Origin: a virus
Lineage: Duplodnaviria > Heunggongvirae > Uroviricota > Caudoviricetes
Strand: one strand, 5' to 3'
IMG/VR virus record: IMGVR_UViG_3300023181_000027
Coordinates: 35,473 to 99,472 of that record
Length of the DNA: 64,000 bases
Position 1 is the stretch's first letter; each line of letters starts with the position of its first letter. Both the position numbers and the translations under genes were made by a program. The notes below the pieces were generated by a model, which was not told where the DNA came from, ran no database searches, and saw nothing but the letters and a program-made list of their open reading frames with translations. Positions 38,230 through 47,242 of the stretch are shown here, one piece after another.

Positions 38230-38353
38230 ATGTTTGTGCTATTTATAAGTTTAAACTCAATAAGAATACGAGTAAAAAGGCAAATAATGTAAGTCCGCCG
38301 ATGATCATACCGGCCAATGCGATAGCTTTCATAATTGTTTAAGATTTGGTTTG

Positions 38354-38465
38354 CGGACGAGAGGAGATTCGAACTCCTGACACGGGCATTAAAAGTGCAA
38401 ATTAATGACTTCTAAGTGATAGGATCACTATTTGTTTCCTGCTCTACCAGCTGAGCTACTCGTCC
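38354..38465 (-). tRNA. tRNA gene with an internal insert of about 40 nt (112 nt total) carrying a conserved AGUGAU-CCU-AUCACU triloop hairpin
   Basis: Acceptor GGACGAG/CUCGUCC, a canonical D-arm UAGCUCAGCUGGUAGAGC and T-arm AGGAG-UUCGAAU-CUCCU, but 57 nt lie between the D- and T-arms. The motif is at about 38411-38430. Confidence 0.55.
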
Positions 38466-38471
38466 GTTTTG

Positions 38472-38801
38472 TTATTCTACTCTATTGTTTACTGTTATGA
38501 TCAATCTACGTAATAGACTATCAGACTTCTTCTGTTCTCTTGCGATGTCTACACCAACTTTTTCTATTCTCTTCATAAGTGCTAGCTTTCCAGCGATGTC
38601 TACAACAGGTAGACTATCAAGAGAGTCAGTCTTATTCACTCTAGATTGTATAAGAGAATCTAACCTGACGTTATTGCTATCAATGTTCATAGCGATAGCT
38701 TCAAGGCGGTGATCATCTGTTACTTTGGGCGCATAACAGATAACAAAAGTGAGAAAGATTACGATTATTGATACCAATACTGTACCGATTTTATCTGTCA
38801 T
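38472..38801 (-). CDS. small membrane-anchored protein (109 aa)
   Basis: N-terminal TM helix. Confidence 0.45.
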   Translation of the reverse strand: MTDKIGTVLVSIIVIFLTFVICYAPKVTDDHRLEAIAMNIDSNNVRLDSLIQSRVNKTDSLDSLPVVDIAGKLALMKRIEKVGVDIAREQKKSDSLLRRLIITVNNRVE

Positions 38802-38805
38802 GTGG

Positions 38806-39150
38806 TTAATTGGTTTTAGGTAAATACTCCTTACGGATATGGAAGTAGCTTTTTTTTAATTTGTGCTCGAAGTGGATAGTATCTCCAACCTTATGGTTGT
38901 AGTACCACTCCTCATTTATCATTCTACCATATCCACAACTGCTGATTACTGTAAACATAGTTGGATCTTCAATATCCCTTATTAGAGCGAACATACACAA
39001 CTGTGGCGTACTAAATTTACTCTGCTCCAAAGAACTTTCATTGTTCATACTTACTATCACACCTTTACGATCATGATAAGATTTGTCTTCTTTCTCTGTA
39101 GGTATACAGGATGTCAGAAATAATAATGCTAATAAAATTAAAGTTTTCAT
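38806..39150 (-). CDS. lipoprotein (114 aa)
   Basis: Signal peptide with lipobox LTSC. Confidence 0.45.
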   Translation of the reverse strand: MKTLILLALLFLTSCIPTEKEDKSYHDRKGVIVSMNNESSLEQSKFSTPQLCMFALIRDIEDPTMFTVISSCGYGRMINEEWYYNHKVGDTIHFEHKLKKSYFHIRKEYLPKTN

Positions 39151-39167
39151 ATTTTACGTTTTAAATG

Positions 39168-39278
39168 TGGTAGGGGCGTGCGGAGTTGAACCGCTATTTC
39201 AATTTATCAGATTTGTTTTTAACCAAGTAATTGATTCTAAGTGAGATGCTCACTACTAATTTATATTTAACGCCCCTA
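39168..39278 (-). ncRNA. tRNA-like RNA with encoded CCA, no canonical D-arm, and an internal AGUGAG-CAU-CUCACU hairpin
   Basis: Acceptor AGGGGCG/CGCCCCU-A-CCA. T-arm GCGG-UUCAACU-CCGC. Motif at about 39236-39258. Confidence 0.4.
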
Positions 39279-39279
39279 G

Positions 39280-39393
39280 CGAGGAAGAGTGGACTCGAAC
39301 CACTGACCTTCAGGTTTACCTTGCTTTATGATTGCTAAGTGACATAGTCACTAAAATTGCACCTGACGCTCTGAACCACTGAGCTACTTCCCC
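39280..39393 (-). tRNA. tRNA gene with a 40-nt insert inside the anticodon loop (114 nt), carrying an AGUGAC-UAU-GUCACU hairpin
   Basis: Acceptor GGGGAAG/CUUCCUC, D-arm UAGCUCAGUGGUUCAGAGC, anticodon stem UCAGG/CCUGA enclosing 47 nt, T-arm AGUGG-UUCGAGU-CCACU. Confidence 0.6.
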
Positions 39394-39396
39394 TTC

Positions 39397-39518
39397 TATT
39401 GTTGCGGCGAAGGGAATCGAACCCATATCCACTGCAGGGTAGACGAATCCTTTACCAAGGTGGAATCGAACCACAATCATCCCATCGAGCAGGACTCTAG
39501 CCTTGTTGAGCTACATCC
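39397..39518 (-). ncRNA. tRNA-like region, one or two tRNA-like genes (two T-arm-like GGUUCGAUUCC elements), not resolved by hand
   Basis: D-arm-like UAGCUCAACAAGGCUAGAGU, and T-arms GUGG-UUCGAUU-CCAC and GGG-UUCGAUU-CCC. No ORFs in this region. Confidence 0.35.
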
Positions 39519-39525
39519 GCATTAT

Positions 39526-40071
39526 TTACAATATTAATCCTAACGCCTGCAGACCTTCAGCATGTTTCTCTGTAGTCATATCATAGTAAGTGTCTCCACT
39601 AATCTCCTTGAAGGCTTTAGCGTGAAACACTTCATCGTGATAGATCTCTTTGAAGATAGCCTGTATGTCTTTAGGCGCATTGTCATCCTCCATGATGATC
39701 TTAATTCTTTCCAACCTCATCTCTTCTGCGTGAGCAGCGATACCTGCCACATAAAGACCATCACCTTCTGGAGCAGCAGTTAACGCGGCCGGCCAATATC
39801 TCTCTTCTTTGTTGAGTATTTTGGGTGTCACCCCACGCATAATGAGAAGACTTCCAATCCAGGCTGCGTGACGATCTTCGTCATTTGCAATTCTACTTGC
39901 TAACTTATAAGCTGTTGACGTGGGCTCAAAGTGAACGACAATTAACTCTCTAATTCTGGTGGCAGCAGTAGCTTCCCCATGATATTGATTCTTTAACCAA
40001 CCAATAATCAGGTTGGGATCGTCTTTAATACCGTCCCACCATTGTTGCGGTGTTTTCATCTCTTTTTGCAT
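39526..40071 (-). CDS. ferritin-like di-iron carboxylate protein (MiaE/rubrerythrin-like superfamily)
   Basis: Paired ExxH motifs: DEDRHAAWI and DEVFHAKAF, plus additional Glu sites EATAATRIREL and AHAEEMRLE. Confidence 0.4.
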   Translation of the reverse strand: MQKEMKTPQQWWDGIKDDPNLIIGWLKNQYHGEATAATRIRELIVVHFEPTSTAYKLASRIANDEDRHAAWIGSLLIMRGVTPKILNKEERYWPAALTAAPEGDGLYVAGIAAHAEEMRLERIKIIMEDDNAPKDIQAIFKEIYHDEVFHAKAFKEISGDTYYDMTTEKHAEGLQALGLIL

Positions 40072-40100
40072 TGTTAGTTAGGTTTTAAAATGTTAATTTA

Positions 40101-40236
40101 TGGATGTAGGGAGACTCGAACTCCCGTCCCTGCAGCTACTCATACCTACCACTCAAGTACATCATCGTGTTTCTCCCACACGTGGGAGAGTATGGTCTCA
40201 AACACCGTCCGCTCTCATCCTCTGAGCTATACACCC
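40101..40236 (-). tRNA. tRNA gene with an insert of about 60 nt (136 nt) containing the palindromic hairpin UCUCCCACGUGUGGGAGA
   Basis: Acceptor GGGUGUA/UACAUCC, D-arm UAGCUCAGAGGAUGAGAGC, T-arm GGGAG-UUCGAGU-CUCCC. The intervening region is long. Confidence 0.45.
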
Positions 40237-40324
40237 GAAAGAAACCCTCTTCTCTTAAGTCAAAGTAAAAATTTGATGTGCTCTTAACACGTGTAAGTAT
40301 TCTAAGAGGGTTTATATTGTTATT

Positions 40325-41323
40325 TTAAGCGGCTATTCCTAGCCTACCTATTAATAGAAGCGAAGGTTTCTCCTCACTGCTCGGAATGCTTGGTTTAACC
40401 CCGAAAGCACTGTCCACAGCTTTTATCAAGTCCGCTAAGTTCATAGAACCAGCATTCTTTATGATATCCAACACTTCTTTGTGTGATTTTAAAACTGGCA
40501 TAAATAGTCCTTTTGCTTCATCAGCATAGACCACACTGTGCGGCCATTGTTTAGGTAGAGCTATCTCTTTGCAGAGATTCGGTCTCCCAGAAATGCGTTC
40601 ACTCCGCATATGCTGTCTGTTCTTCCACTCAGCTATTTCCTTATCTCGCCTTGCCAAATCAGCCTCCTTCTTCAACGCTACAAGATCTTCCAGTGGTGTA
40701 GAAAATGTACTACGGCTTTCAATCACGTTATTCCATTGTTTTCTAGCTTCACCCCACTTGATATCTGGTCTGGCGTTAGGATCAGTGATTAGATCTTCAG
40801 TGTTAACCTTTGCGCCAGTACCATTCCAACCTTTCGGAACTTCAATAGGAACTTCAATTTTCACGTCTTTCCAATCAGAAAAAGCTTTAATTGGTAAGAT
40901 GCTATTAAGCGAGTATCTGCTCCATCTAGTAGCGTAAGCTTCACCGTAGTAACGTACCCAATCATTCTTATCAGATAGTACCAGTGAATTTAGCATACTC
41001 CACTCTAACTTATTACTAACTGCAGAGGTTAATGCTATAAAGACACCTGCTTTGGGGTGAGCCTCGCGGAATGTTTTAATAGTATCATATTGCCCTCTTC
41101 CAATATTAAATACAAAATCAGCACCCATGATACTATTGCTCTGTTTAGGTGGAACAATAAATAGAGTATCTGCATCGGTTATAGGCGTGTTAGTAAACTT
41201 AGTACCTTTCGGATATTCAAATACATCAACATCATACTTAGCAAGTTCTTCACGGGCCACTCGAGAAAGTGTTTCATCTGCTATATTTGAGTGGCTCAGA
41301 TATACTTTCCTTTTCCCACTCAT
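40325..41323 (-). CDS. hypothetical protein (332 aa) with a possible TIR/SLOG-like Rossmann N-terminus
   Basis: The N-terminus KVYLSHSNIADE...DVDVFEY resembles TIR-like starts. The assignment is weak. Confidence 0.3.
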   Translation of the reverse strand: MSGKRKVYLSHSNIADETLSRVAREELAKYDVDVFEYPKGTKFTNTPITDADTLFIVPPKQSNSIMGADFVFNIGRGQYDTIKTFREAHPKAGVFIALTSAVSNKLEWSMLNSLVLSDKNDWVRYYGEAYATRWSRYSLNSILPIKAFSDWKDVKIEVPIEVPKGWNGTGAKVNTEDLITDPNARPDIKWGEARKQWNNVIESRSTFSTPLEDLVALKKEADLARRDKEIAEWKNRQHMRSERISGRPNLCKEIALPKQWPHSVVYADEAKGLFMPVLKSHKEVLDIIKNAGSMNLADLIKAVDSAFGVKPSIPSSEEKPSLLLIGRLGIAA

Positions 41324-41327
41324 AATA

Positions 41328-41666
41328 TTAAACGGTTTCTTCGGCTACTTCAGTGAACCAACGTTTGGTAACTCGATCTGCAGCGGCAATTAACACTTCA
41401 ACTTCAAGGATTTCAACCTCGATCTTGTTTAAGTCTGCCACCCATTTCTCAGGCAGGAAGCCGTCGTTTACCACCTTGGTACTCAACTCACTATCAACGT
41501 TGATATCTTCCAATCTCATACGTTTTTCTTCCAGGGCAAGTTTCTTATCTTCCAATGCCTGTACATACTTTGCTTGCGCATTTGAAGTCTGTTTGGAGAC
41601 AATAGTAGTTCTTTCTCCTCTGATACCAGTTCCTGAGGCGTTTAGCCTCGCTTCGAATTTATTCAT
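41328..41666 (-). CDS. coiled-coil protein (112 aa)
   Basis: Track ORF with heptad-rich sequence. Confidence 0.45.
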   Translation of the reverse strand: MNKFEARLNASGTGIRGERTTIVSKQTSNAQAKYVQALEDKKLALEEKRMRLEDINVDSELSTKVVNDGFLPEKWVADLNKIEVEILEVEVLIAAADRVTKRWFTEVAEETV

Positions 41667-41699
41667 TTTGTTTTGTTTTAAAAGGTGAGCTGAGTTTAA

Positions 41700-42422
41700 T
41701 TAGCTCACCTTAGTTAAGATAATTGTACGTATTACTACATCTGGCTTCTGTCCCTCTGCTATTTTAGCATCGTCTTCTGCCATCAGTGGTGAGTAGTGAT
41801 CATGCATATACTGAGCCAATGGTCTGAATTCTGTTTGTCTCATGTGATGTATTTCCTGATCGTATATACTCAGAGTTGTCAACCCTTCAAGAACTGTTTT
41901 ACACTTAAAGTATTCTCGAGCTGCTCTCGCCATAGGACAATCAGCGTGATCTTGCCAGTTTGAACCTTTAAAGTGTTTAGCTTGCAATTGTAATTTAACT
42001 TCCATAGGATGTTTAAGTGGTTCAAGTAAAATAAAAGACTCTTCAAACACAATATTGTCTGGTATCCACGTATGCCCAAACATCTCTGCCATTTGTAGAG
42101 GTGTAAAGTAGTTGAGTGATGGTTTAGAAGTGTAAGGTACATAAAAGTCAAAGGTGGGGTTATCAAAAGCTACATCATATAAGCCTTTCACACCTTTAGT
42201 GATCTGCTCTTTAGTTATAGCAGGATAACCACTCCTTAACTCCTTTGTTATAATACCATACGCTCTTCCCACCCAACCTTCAGCAACACCATAAGGATAA
42301 CCAAAGTTCTCTCTCATTAATAAGGCGATACCTTTACCATGTCTTCCTTGAGGATTGGTACCACCAACAAGAACACCATTAGCTGGGAGTTGCGTGAACT
42401 CCCCTTTAAATGTCTTCCTCAT
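41700..42422 (-). CDS. hypothetical protein, possible macro/Rossmann-like nucleotide-processing domain (start placed at the internal ATG)
   Basis: Gly-rich motif GVLVGGTNPQGRHGKGIALLM. Starting at MRKTF (ATG 42420-42422) limits the overlap with the upstream gene to 17 nt. Confidence 0.35.
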   Translation of the reverse strand: MRKTFKGEFTQLPANGVLVGGTNPQGRHGKGIALLMRENFGYPYGVAEGWVGRAYGIITKELRSGYPAITKEQITKGVKGLYDVAFDNPTFDFYVPYTSKPSLNYFTPLQMAEMFGHTWIPDNIVFEESFILLEPLKHPMEVKLQLQAKHFKGSNWQDHADCPMARAAREYFKCKTVLEGLTTLSIYDQEIHHMRQTEFRPLAQYMHDHYSPLMAEDDAKIAEGQKPDVVIRTIILTKVS

Positions 42423-42900
42423 TGAACTCAGGTGGCAGTTTAGGATTACGTAAATCATGTCCGTGACCTTTCCTTTTAATCCATTCACCTGGCGGATGTC
42501 CTGTACCGTCCCACTTAATGTGCGCTTCAAAAGCCTCTTTAAGTGATGGATAGCAATATCTCCACTCATAGAATTGACCGTTATTGCTGACACCAACCAT
42601 CAATCCCACCGTAAATGCCATGCGTTGAAGACAAACGTTGACCACTGTTCCTTCAACTTCGAGCTTCCGGACAAAGTAGTTGCCTTGTTCTTGCAAGACG
42701 ACATCGAGTGCATGTGGATGATGTTCACCACACTGTAAGTAAAACTTCTCAGAATATGGACGAAAGAACAGCTTGTTAACTTCTGTAGCATCTAAACCCT
42801 GTAGTTGAGCGTTAAAGGCCTCACGCGTTGTTATGTCTTGCATAAATCTTGTATTGATAGGTAAACAAATGGTGTGACTATCAGATCTAATATCACACAA
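42406..42900 (-). CDS. hypothetical protein (164 aa)
   Basis: Track ORF with an acidic C-terminus. Confidence 0.45.
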   Translation of the reverse strand: MCDIRSDSHTICLPINTRFMQDITTREAFNAQLQGLDATEVNKLFFRPYSEKFYLQCGEHHPHALDVVLQEQGNYFVRKLEVEGTVVNVCLQRMAFTVGLMVGVSNNGQFYEWRYCYPSLKEAFEAHIKWDGTGHPPGEWIKRKGHGHDLRNPKLPPEFNEEDI

Positions 42901-43003
42901 AAACTAATTCTTAAAGCTTTGTCAATGCCGGCAAATGGACTTTTAGTCTCATCCCATTCATCAGACTTTCTGAATATGAGATAACAAATCAATGTAAGCA
43001 TAT

Positions 43004-43384
43004 CTAATCGATATAGATTACATCCGGAAAGCCACGTATGAACATCACTTTAGTGACATCACATAACCACATTGTTTGCTCAATTGGTACACCTTTAAAG
43101 TGTTTCAAATGATAATAAGCTCCAGTATGTGGTGGTTGCATCAACTCAACTAAATGCATTGGTTCTGAACCTTCAAACTCTTCATCAGAGAAGGTTATCC
43201 AACAACGATCATGTTTAGTTACATGATTTAAGAAATCATCAGCACCACAAACCATTTCAAGTTCAGATTTCTCACCTTGCCATTCCGGGATTATGGCGTA
43301 CCATTTACCGTCAGGGTCTTTTTCGAATTCTAATTCACGCTTAACCATGTAAATCAATTGCTTTTTGAGGGGCAGTGTAAGCAC
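43004..43384 (-). CDS. hypothetical protein (126 aa)
   Basis: Track ORF. Confidence 0.45.
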   Translation of the reverse strand: MLTLPLKKQLIYMVKRELEFEKDPDGKWYAIIPEWQGEKSELEMVCGADDFLNHVTKHDRCWITFSDEEFEGSEPMHLVELMQPPHTGAYYHLKHFKGVPIEQTMWLCDVTKVMFIRGFPDVIYID

Positions 43385-43817
43385 TACTTGAGAAATACCT
43401 TTTCAATTGTACCGCTGTCATGCTCTCAGGTTTTAAATCTGGTAAGTTAGCATGATTGAACCATCCCCATTGAATGTGCTCTCTATTAGGGAATACTTTC
43501 GTTGGATCCTTAGCCACTGTAGCTTGAAATACCTTGACGATGAACTTATTATCAGATAGCCAATACTTGGTTTCTTCAAATGATGTGAGATGATAACCAA
43601 TCTCCTCATTAAATTCCCGTGCAGCTGATTCAGCATAATCCTCCCAACGAGAGAAGAATCTCTCACTAGAAGGAGTTTCTATGTTTTCACTCATAAAATC
43701 AAGCTTTCCACCAGGGAAACACCATTCTAACGGATACATTGGATGTCCGTCACTTCTTTGCAACAGGAGAACTTCTCCTTTAGGGTTTGTTGTCAATACC
43801 ACTTGTGATCTTTTCAT
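43341..43817 (-). CDS. Nudix hydrolase
   Basis: Nudix box GGKLDFMSENIETPSSERFFSRWEDYAESAAREFNEEIG (Gx5Ex7REUxEExGU). Confidence 0.7.
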   Translation of the reverse strand: MKRSQVVLTTNPKGEVLLLQRSDGHPMYPLEWCFPGGKLDFMSENIETPSSERFFSRWEDYAESAAREFNEEIGYHLTSFEETKYWLSDNKFIVKVFQATVAKDPTKVFPNREHIQWGWFNHANLPDLKPESMTAVQLKRYFSSSAYTAPQKAIDLHG

Positions 43818-43837
43818 AACTGTTTGAGGGTTTGAAA

Positions 43838-44080
43838 TTAATATTCTCCTTTGGTTTCATCGAGTTCTAGGCGGAGTTGCCTGTTTTCACTCTCAACGCG
43901 AGTTTGTCGCTCTTTAAGTTGATCAACCTCCCATTCTAGACGTTGTACTCTATTGACACAATTCGTATCCACAACATATCCCACACTTTTTGCATCAACT
44001 GGCTTAGTACAGCCAATCATGTACATTACACCTATAATGAGTAGGATCAACACCATTGTTTTTGTATGTTTTCCACTCAT
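43838..44080 (-). CDS. small lipoprotein or spanin-like coiled-coil protein
   Basis: N-terminal hydrophobic segment with lipobox MIGC, then the coiled coil QRLEWEVDQLKERQTRVESENRQLRLELDE. Confidence 0.35.
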   Translation of the reverse strand: MSGKHTKTMVLILLIIGVMYMIGCTKPVDAKSVGYVVDTNCVNRVQRLEWEVDQLKERQTRVESENRQLRLELDETKGEY

Positions 44081-44119
44081 CTGTTTATAAGTTAAAACTG
44101 TTAATTAATCTGTTAATTG

Positions 44120-44229
44120 CAGGGGCGGAGAGAATCGAACTCCCATTTACGGCTTGGAATGCTGAATAAATGTTTATAAGTGACAGAATCACTACTATTT
44201 ACGTTGTCCTACCATTAGACTACACCCCT
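44120..44229 (-). tRNA. tRNA gene with an insert of about 35 nt (110 nt) carrying an AGUGAU-UCU-GUCACU hairpin
   Basis: Acceptor AGGGGUG/CGCCCCU, D-arm AGUCUAAUGGUAGGAC, T-arm GGGAG-UUCGAUU-CUCUC. Motif at about 44173-44197. Confidence 0.5.
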
Positions 44230-44282
44230 GTTTATTTTAAGCAAGAACGAGTGATTGTTTAGGCCACCCGTTCAGGCTACCC

Positions 44283-44711
44283 TCAAACTACCTGCTGTCT
44301 TAATGCAGTTAACTTTTCTTGTATTTTTCCCTTCTTTTCTTCCGGCGTTTCAAACAATCCCAATTCTTTCTCAAGAAGTGCAATCTCTCTAGCCAGTTTC
44401 GCTTTCTCCGATTCTACCGCTTTTGTGAAACGGATAAGGTCGACAATATCAGCCAACTCTTCAGCAGTGATATCCGCTACATAGAATTTGGCTTCAGCGC
44501 TTTCTTTCTTAATCCTGGTTGACACTACATTAACAGGCATTTGCTTCAAGCTTGTGAATAGAGCTTTCAAAGTCTCATCTTTTGCTTCATGCAATAACTG
44601 CTGTATGGTTAAGTGATCTGTAAAAGCTTTCTTTATTACTGGAATCACTATATTATTGTTCACACACTTCAGTATGAACTCATTCAATTTAAGACGGTCT
44701 TGTTCGGTCAT
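44283..44711 (-). CDS. hypothetical protein (142 aa)
   Basis: Track ORF. Confidence 0.45.
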   Translation of the reverse strand: MTEQDRLKLNEFILKCVNNNIVIPVIKKAFTDHLTIQQLLHEAKDETLKALFTSLKQMPVNVVSTRIKKESAEAKFYVADITAEELADIVDLIRFTKAVESEKAKLAREIALLEKELGLFETPEEKKGKIQEKLTALRQQVV

Positions 44712-45109
44712 TGTCGTTCTATGTAAATTATTAATTTCTTATTTATATATGAGATGATGAGAGTTCCCGTGACTAATGGGATCAATATCATTGGTACTTG
44801 CACGTACACACTTAAACTTTTAAACCATAAGGTGGCACTTATAGCAAGTGCGCCTTTCATGGCAATTAAAGCAGCAATAGCTAACACACAATATGTTGTA
44901 AGTTGCACTAGAGTAAATGTTTTCACGTTGAGGGTGTGTCTTCTGTTTCTAGTACTATTCATAATGTGTTTGCTAAAGTGTATGTAGGTAATGATAATGT
45001 AAGCGAGTATACATATGATTAAGCTAGTCGTACTTATCAAAATGTCTCTGCCGATAGCTACGCCAACTCCTAGAGTCAGGTATAGAATCTTGTTGTTTAT
45101 ATCGTTCAT
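44708..45109 (-). CDS. membrane protein (133 aa)
   Basis: Three or four TM helices. Confidence 0.45.
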   Translation of the reverse strand: MNDINNKILYLTLGVGVAIGRDILISTTSLIICILAYIIITYIHFSKHIMNSTRNRRHTLNVKTFTLVQLTTYCVLAIAALIAMKGALAISATLWFKSLSVYVQVPMILIPLVTGTLIISYINKKLIIYIERQ

Positions 45110-45110
45110 C

Positions 45111-45255
45111 TTAGTAATCCTATTATAATTCTATAAGCGATGTATGCAAGCATAATTGCAACACCCCATAGCATTAATTCATAAAACCATGATACAAAAT
45201 AGTATAAGAACGCTACTCCCAACATAATTCCAGCTAGTTGTCCTAACTTAGTCAT
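45111..45255 (-). CDS. small membrane protein (47 aa), unannotated in the track
   Basis: Hand translation gives MTKLGQLAGIMLGVAFLYYFVSWFYELMLWGVAIMLAYIAYRIIIGLL*. Its start overlaps the upstream stop as TAATGA. Confidence 0.35.
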
Positions 45256-45578
45256 TACACTGAGATTAGCGCTCTATAATATTTCTTGCCTTGTGTGTTC
45301 ACTTCATCACCGGGGACAAGCAGATCAAATCTACTATCTCTTTGAGATTCAGCTACGTCTTTCGAAACGATATATAATACACTAAGGTCTTCAACCGGAC
45401 GAGGGAGCCCTTGCACCCTGCCCATACGCTTGGAGAGAATTGGAACTCCGTCCACTTCCCTATCTTTAACTGTAGTAACCACGCTAGTAGCCCTTCCTAT
45501 TACGGGAAAGGATTTAACTACTGTACCGCGATCGTTAACTACATTGATAGTTTCTCCTGTTAAGTTAACAATTTCCAT
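45255..45578 (-). CDS. hypothetical protein (107 aa)
   Basis: Track ORF. Confidence 0.45.
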   Translation of the reverse strand: MEIVNLTGETINVVNDRGTVVKSFPVIGRATSVVTTVKDREVDGVPILSKRMGRVQGLPRPVEDLSVLYIVSKDVAESQRDSRFDLLVPGDEVNTQGKKYYRALISV

Positions 45579-45613
45579 TTTATTAGTTTAAATGGTATCT
45601 AATAGATGATTAA

Positions 45614-45964
45614 TTAAATTAGATTAAATAAACTACTTGAAGAACGTTCCTCCTTACCTGTTGCACTGGTTACCACACTCCATTCGCCACGTAGACATTG
45701 AAAGTACACTGTGGAGTAACTCCCATCAATATCATCTTTAAGGTGTAACATCTTAAAGTATAATTGATTGTGAGCTCTTTCAAAAGTGTCTAGTAACTGT
45801 AATATAGGTTTGAGTTTAAAAGCTGATAATATCCGCACATCTTTAAATGTGAATTGGATGAACTTCATGTTCTTTCCAACTATTAGGAATGAAGAGCCAA
45901 AAGCATTGATTAGCTCCGCCTTTATTCCAGGTTCAATCGATATTGTTAGTTTTAATTCTCTCAT
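45614..45964 (-). CDS. hypothetical protein (116 aa)
   Basis: Track ORF. Confidence 0.45.
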   Translation of the reverse strand: MRELKLTISIEPGIKAELINAFGSSFLIVGKNMKFIQFTFKDVRILSAFKLKPILQLLDTFERAHNQLYFKMLHLKDDIDGSYSTVYFQCLRGEWSVVTSATGKEERSSSSLFNLI

Positions 45965-46158
45965 AGTATTTAATCGTTTTTCCCCACAAGCCTAGCCTGC
46001 AGTTTGTTGTACAATTGATTATTTTTCATTCGTTCTTATTTAAGTTTATAATAGTCACCCCACCCAGTGTACGATCTGAGATTTCCAGCTGGTTTTGGCC
46101 GGCGTCCTGACGTTTTAGACGATAAGGCGGTGGAACTCTTTAGAGTTCATTTAGGTTT

Positions 46159-46734
46159 TTAATTTGGTTCTTGTGCGTCTAGCACGATTCTAATGGCATC
46201 ACATTCAAGGGCAAGTTTGGCTTGTTCCTCAACCAGTTCGTTAATGTATAAAGCCACATCGTAATACTCTTTATACTCGCTATCATTTTGCATGATTTCG
46301 GTGTAGTGAGCAATGCTGTTAAGTAACTCTGATACTCTATTATCCTTGGTTGCGCTTCTCAAAAGGTCTATATCGAATAGACACTCAATTGTACCAATCT
46401 TATCATCTCTGATAAGTGAAAGCTTTAACCTCCTTAACAAACAGGCCTGTTTATATTCTTTCTTATGTACAAATTCTGCATAAGCGTTCTCATGCTCAAA
46501 CAGTAGGTTATCTAGTTTCTCTTGTATTCCATTCTTTTTCGTATCGGCATGTGGTCTGTTTCTCAGACTCTCTAACTTACTCTTAATCCACAGCATACGC
46601 GCTTCTTTGTCATTAAGGGCAGAACGGACTCTATCCTCTGATTTCTTGAAGAACGTAGTGATGTCTGAAGAAGTGATCGTATTATCCGCTGGTTGGAGCT
46701 TGTATTCTTCCAACGCTTCTTCAATTCTCCTCAT
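46159..46734 (-). CDS. hypothetical protein (191 aa)
   Basis: Track ORF. Confidence 0.45.
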   Translation of the reverse strand: MRRIEEALEEYKLQPADNTITSSDITTFFKKSEDRVRSALNDKEARMLWIKSKLESLRNRPHADTKKNGIQEKLDNLLFEHENAYAEFVHKKEYKQACLLRRLKLSLIRDDKIGTIECLFDIDLLRSATKDNRVSELLNSIAHYTEIMQNDSEYKEYYDVALYINELVEEQAKLALECDAIRIVLDAQEPN

Positions 46735-46763
46735 TGTAATAATTTTGATTACCCCTAATCTGT

Positions 46764-47240
46764 TTATTGGTATTTAGCAAGCATTAGACGTGCCTTATCC
46801 AGCACCTCTTCTGTTGGTGTCTTGCTCAACACCCGTTCGATCGCTTCATCTATTTGCACCAACTCAGACACCGAGAACTCTTCCTGGAAGATCTTCAGTG
46901 CATATGCCATAGCTTTCCACGCTCGTAATTTATCTTCCTCTTCACCATTAAAGCTTATTCTTACAGCTCTAAATGCCTCTTCAGTTTTAATAACTTCAAA
47001 TTGAAAATACTCTCTAAAGGTAAGGTTGTAAAACCAAACCAATTCCTCAGAACTTCTGAGGCCATCAATAACTATAGAGAAGTTATCAATGGTATATTGT
47101 AAGTGTTTCTGCATTTTCATCATTCCCTCGCGAACACACGCAATAAAGTATAATATGAGAGCATTGTTACGTACTATATCACGTGAGATGCCAGCATCAA
47201 GATCCTTCTTAACACTGGCAGTAAACTCACATAAGTTCAT
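46764..47240 (-). CDS. hypothetical protein (158 aa)
   Basis: Track ORF. Confidence 0.45.
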   Translation of the reverse strand: MNLCEFTASVKKDLDAGISRDIVRNNALILYFIACVREGMMKMQKHLQYTIDNFSIVIDGLRSSEELVWFYNLTFREYFQFEVIKTEEAFRAVRISFNGEEEDKLRAWKAMAYALKIFQEEFSVSELVQIDEAIERVLSKTPTEEVLDKARLMLAKYQ

Positions 47241-47242
47241 GG

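Noticed and set aside
41700-42596. Possible frameshift fusion between 42406..42900 and 41700..42596 (190-nt overlap)
   Set aside because: No slippery heptamer or stimulatory structure in the overlap. An internal ATG at 42420-42422 (MRKTF...) gives an ordinary 17-nt overlap, and the upstream ORF's C-terminus looks like a natural acidic protein end.
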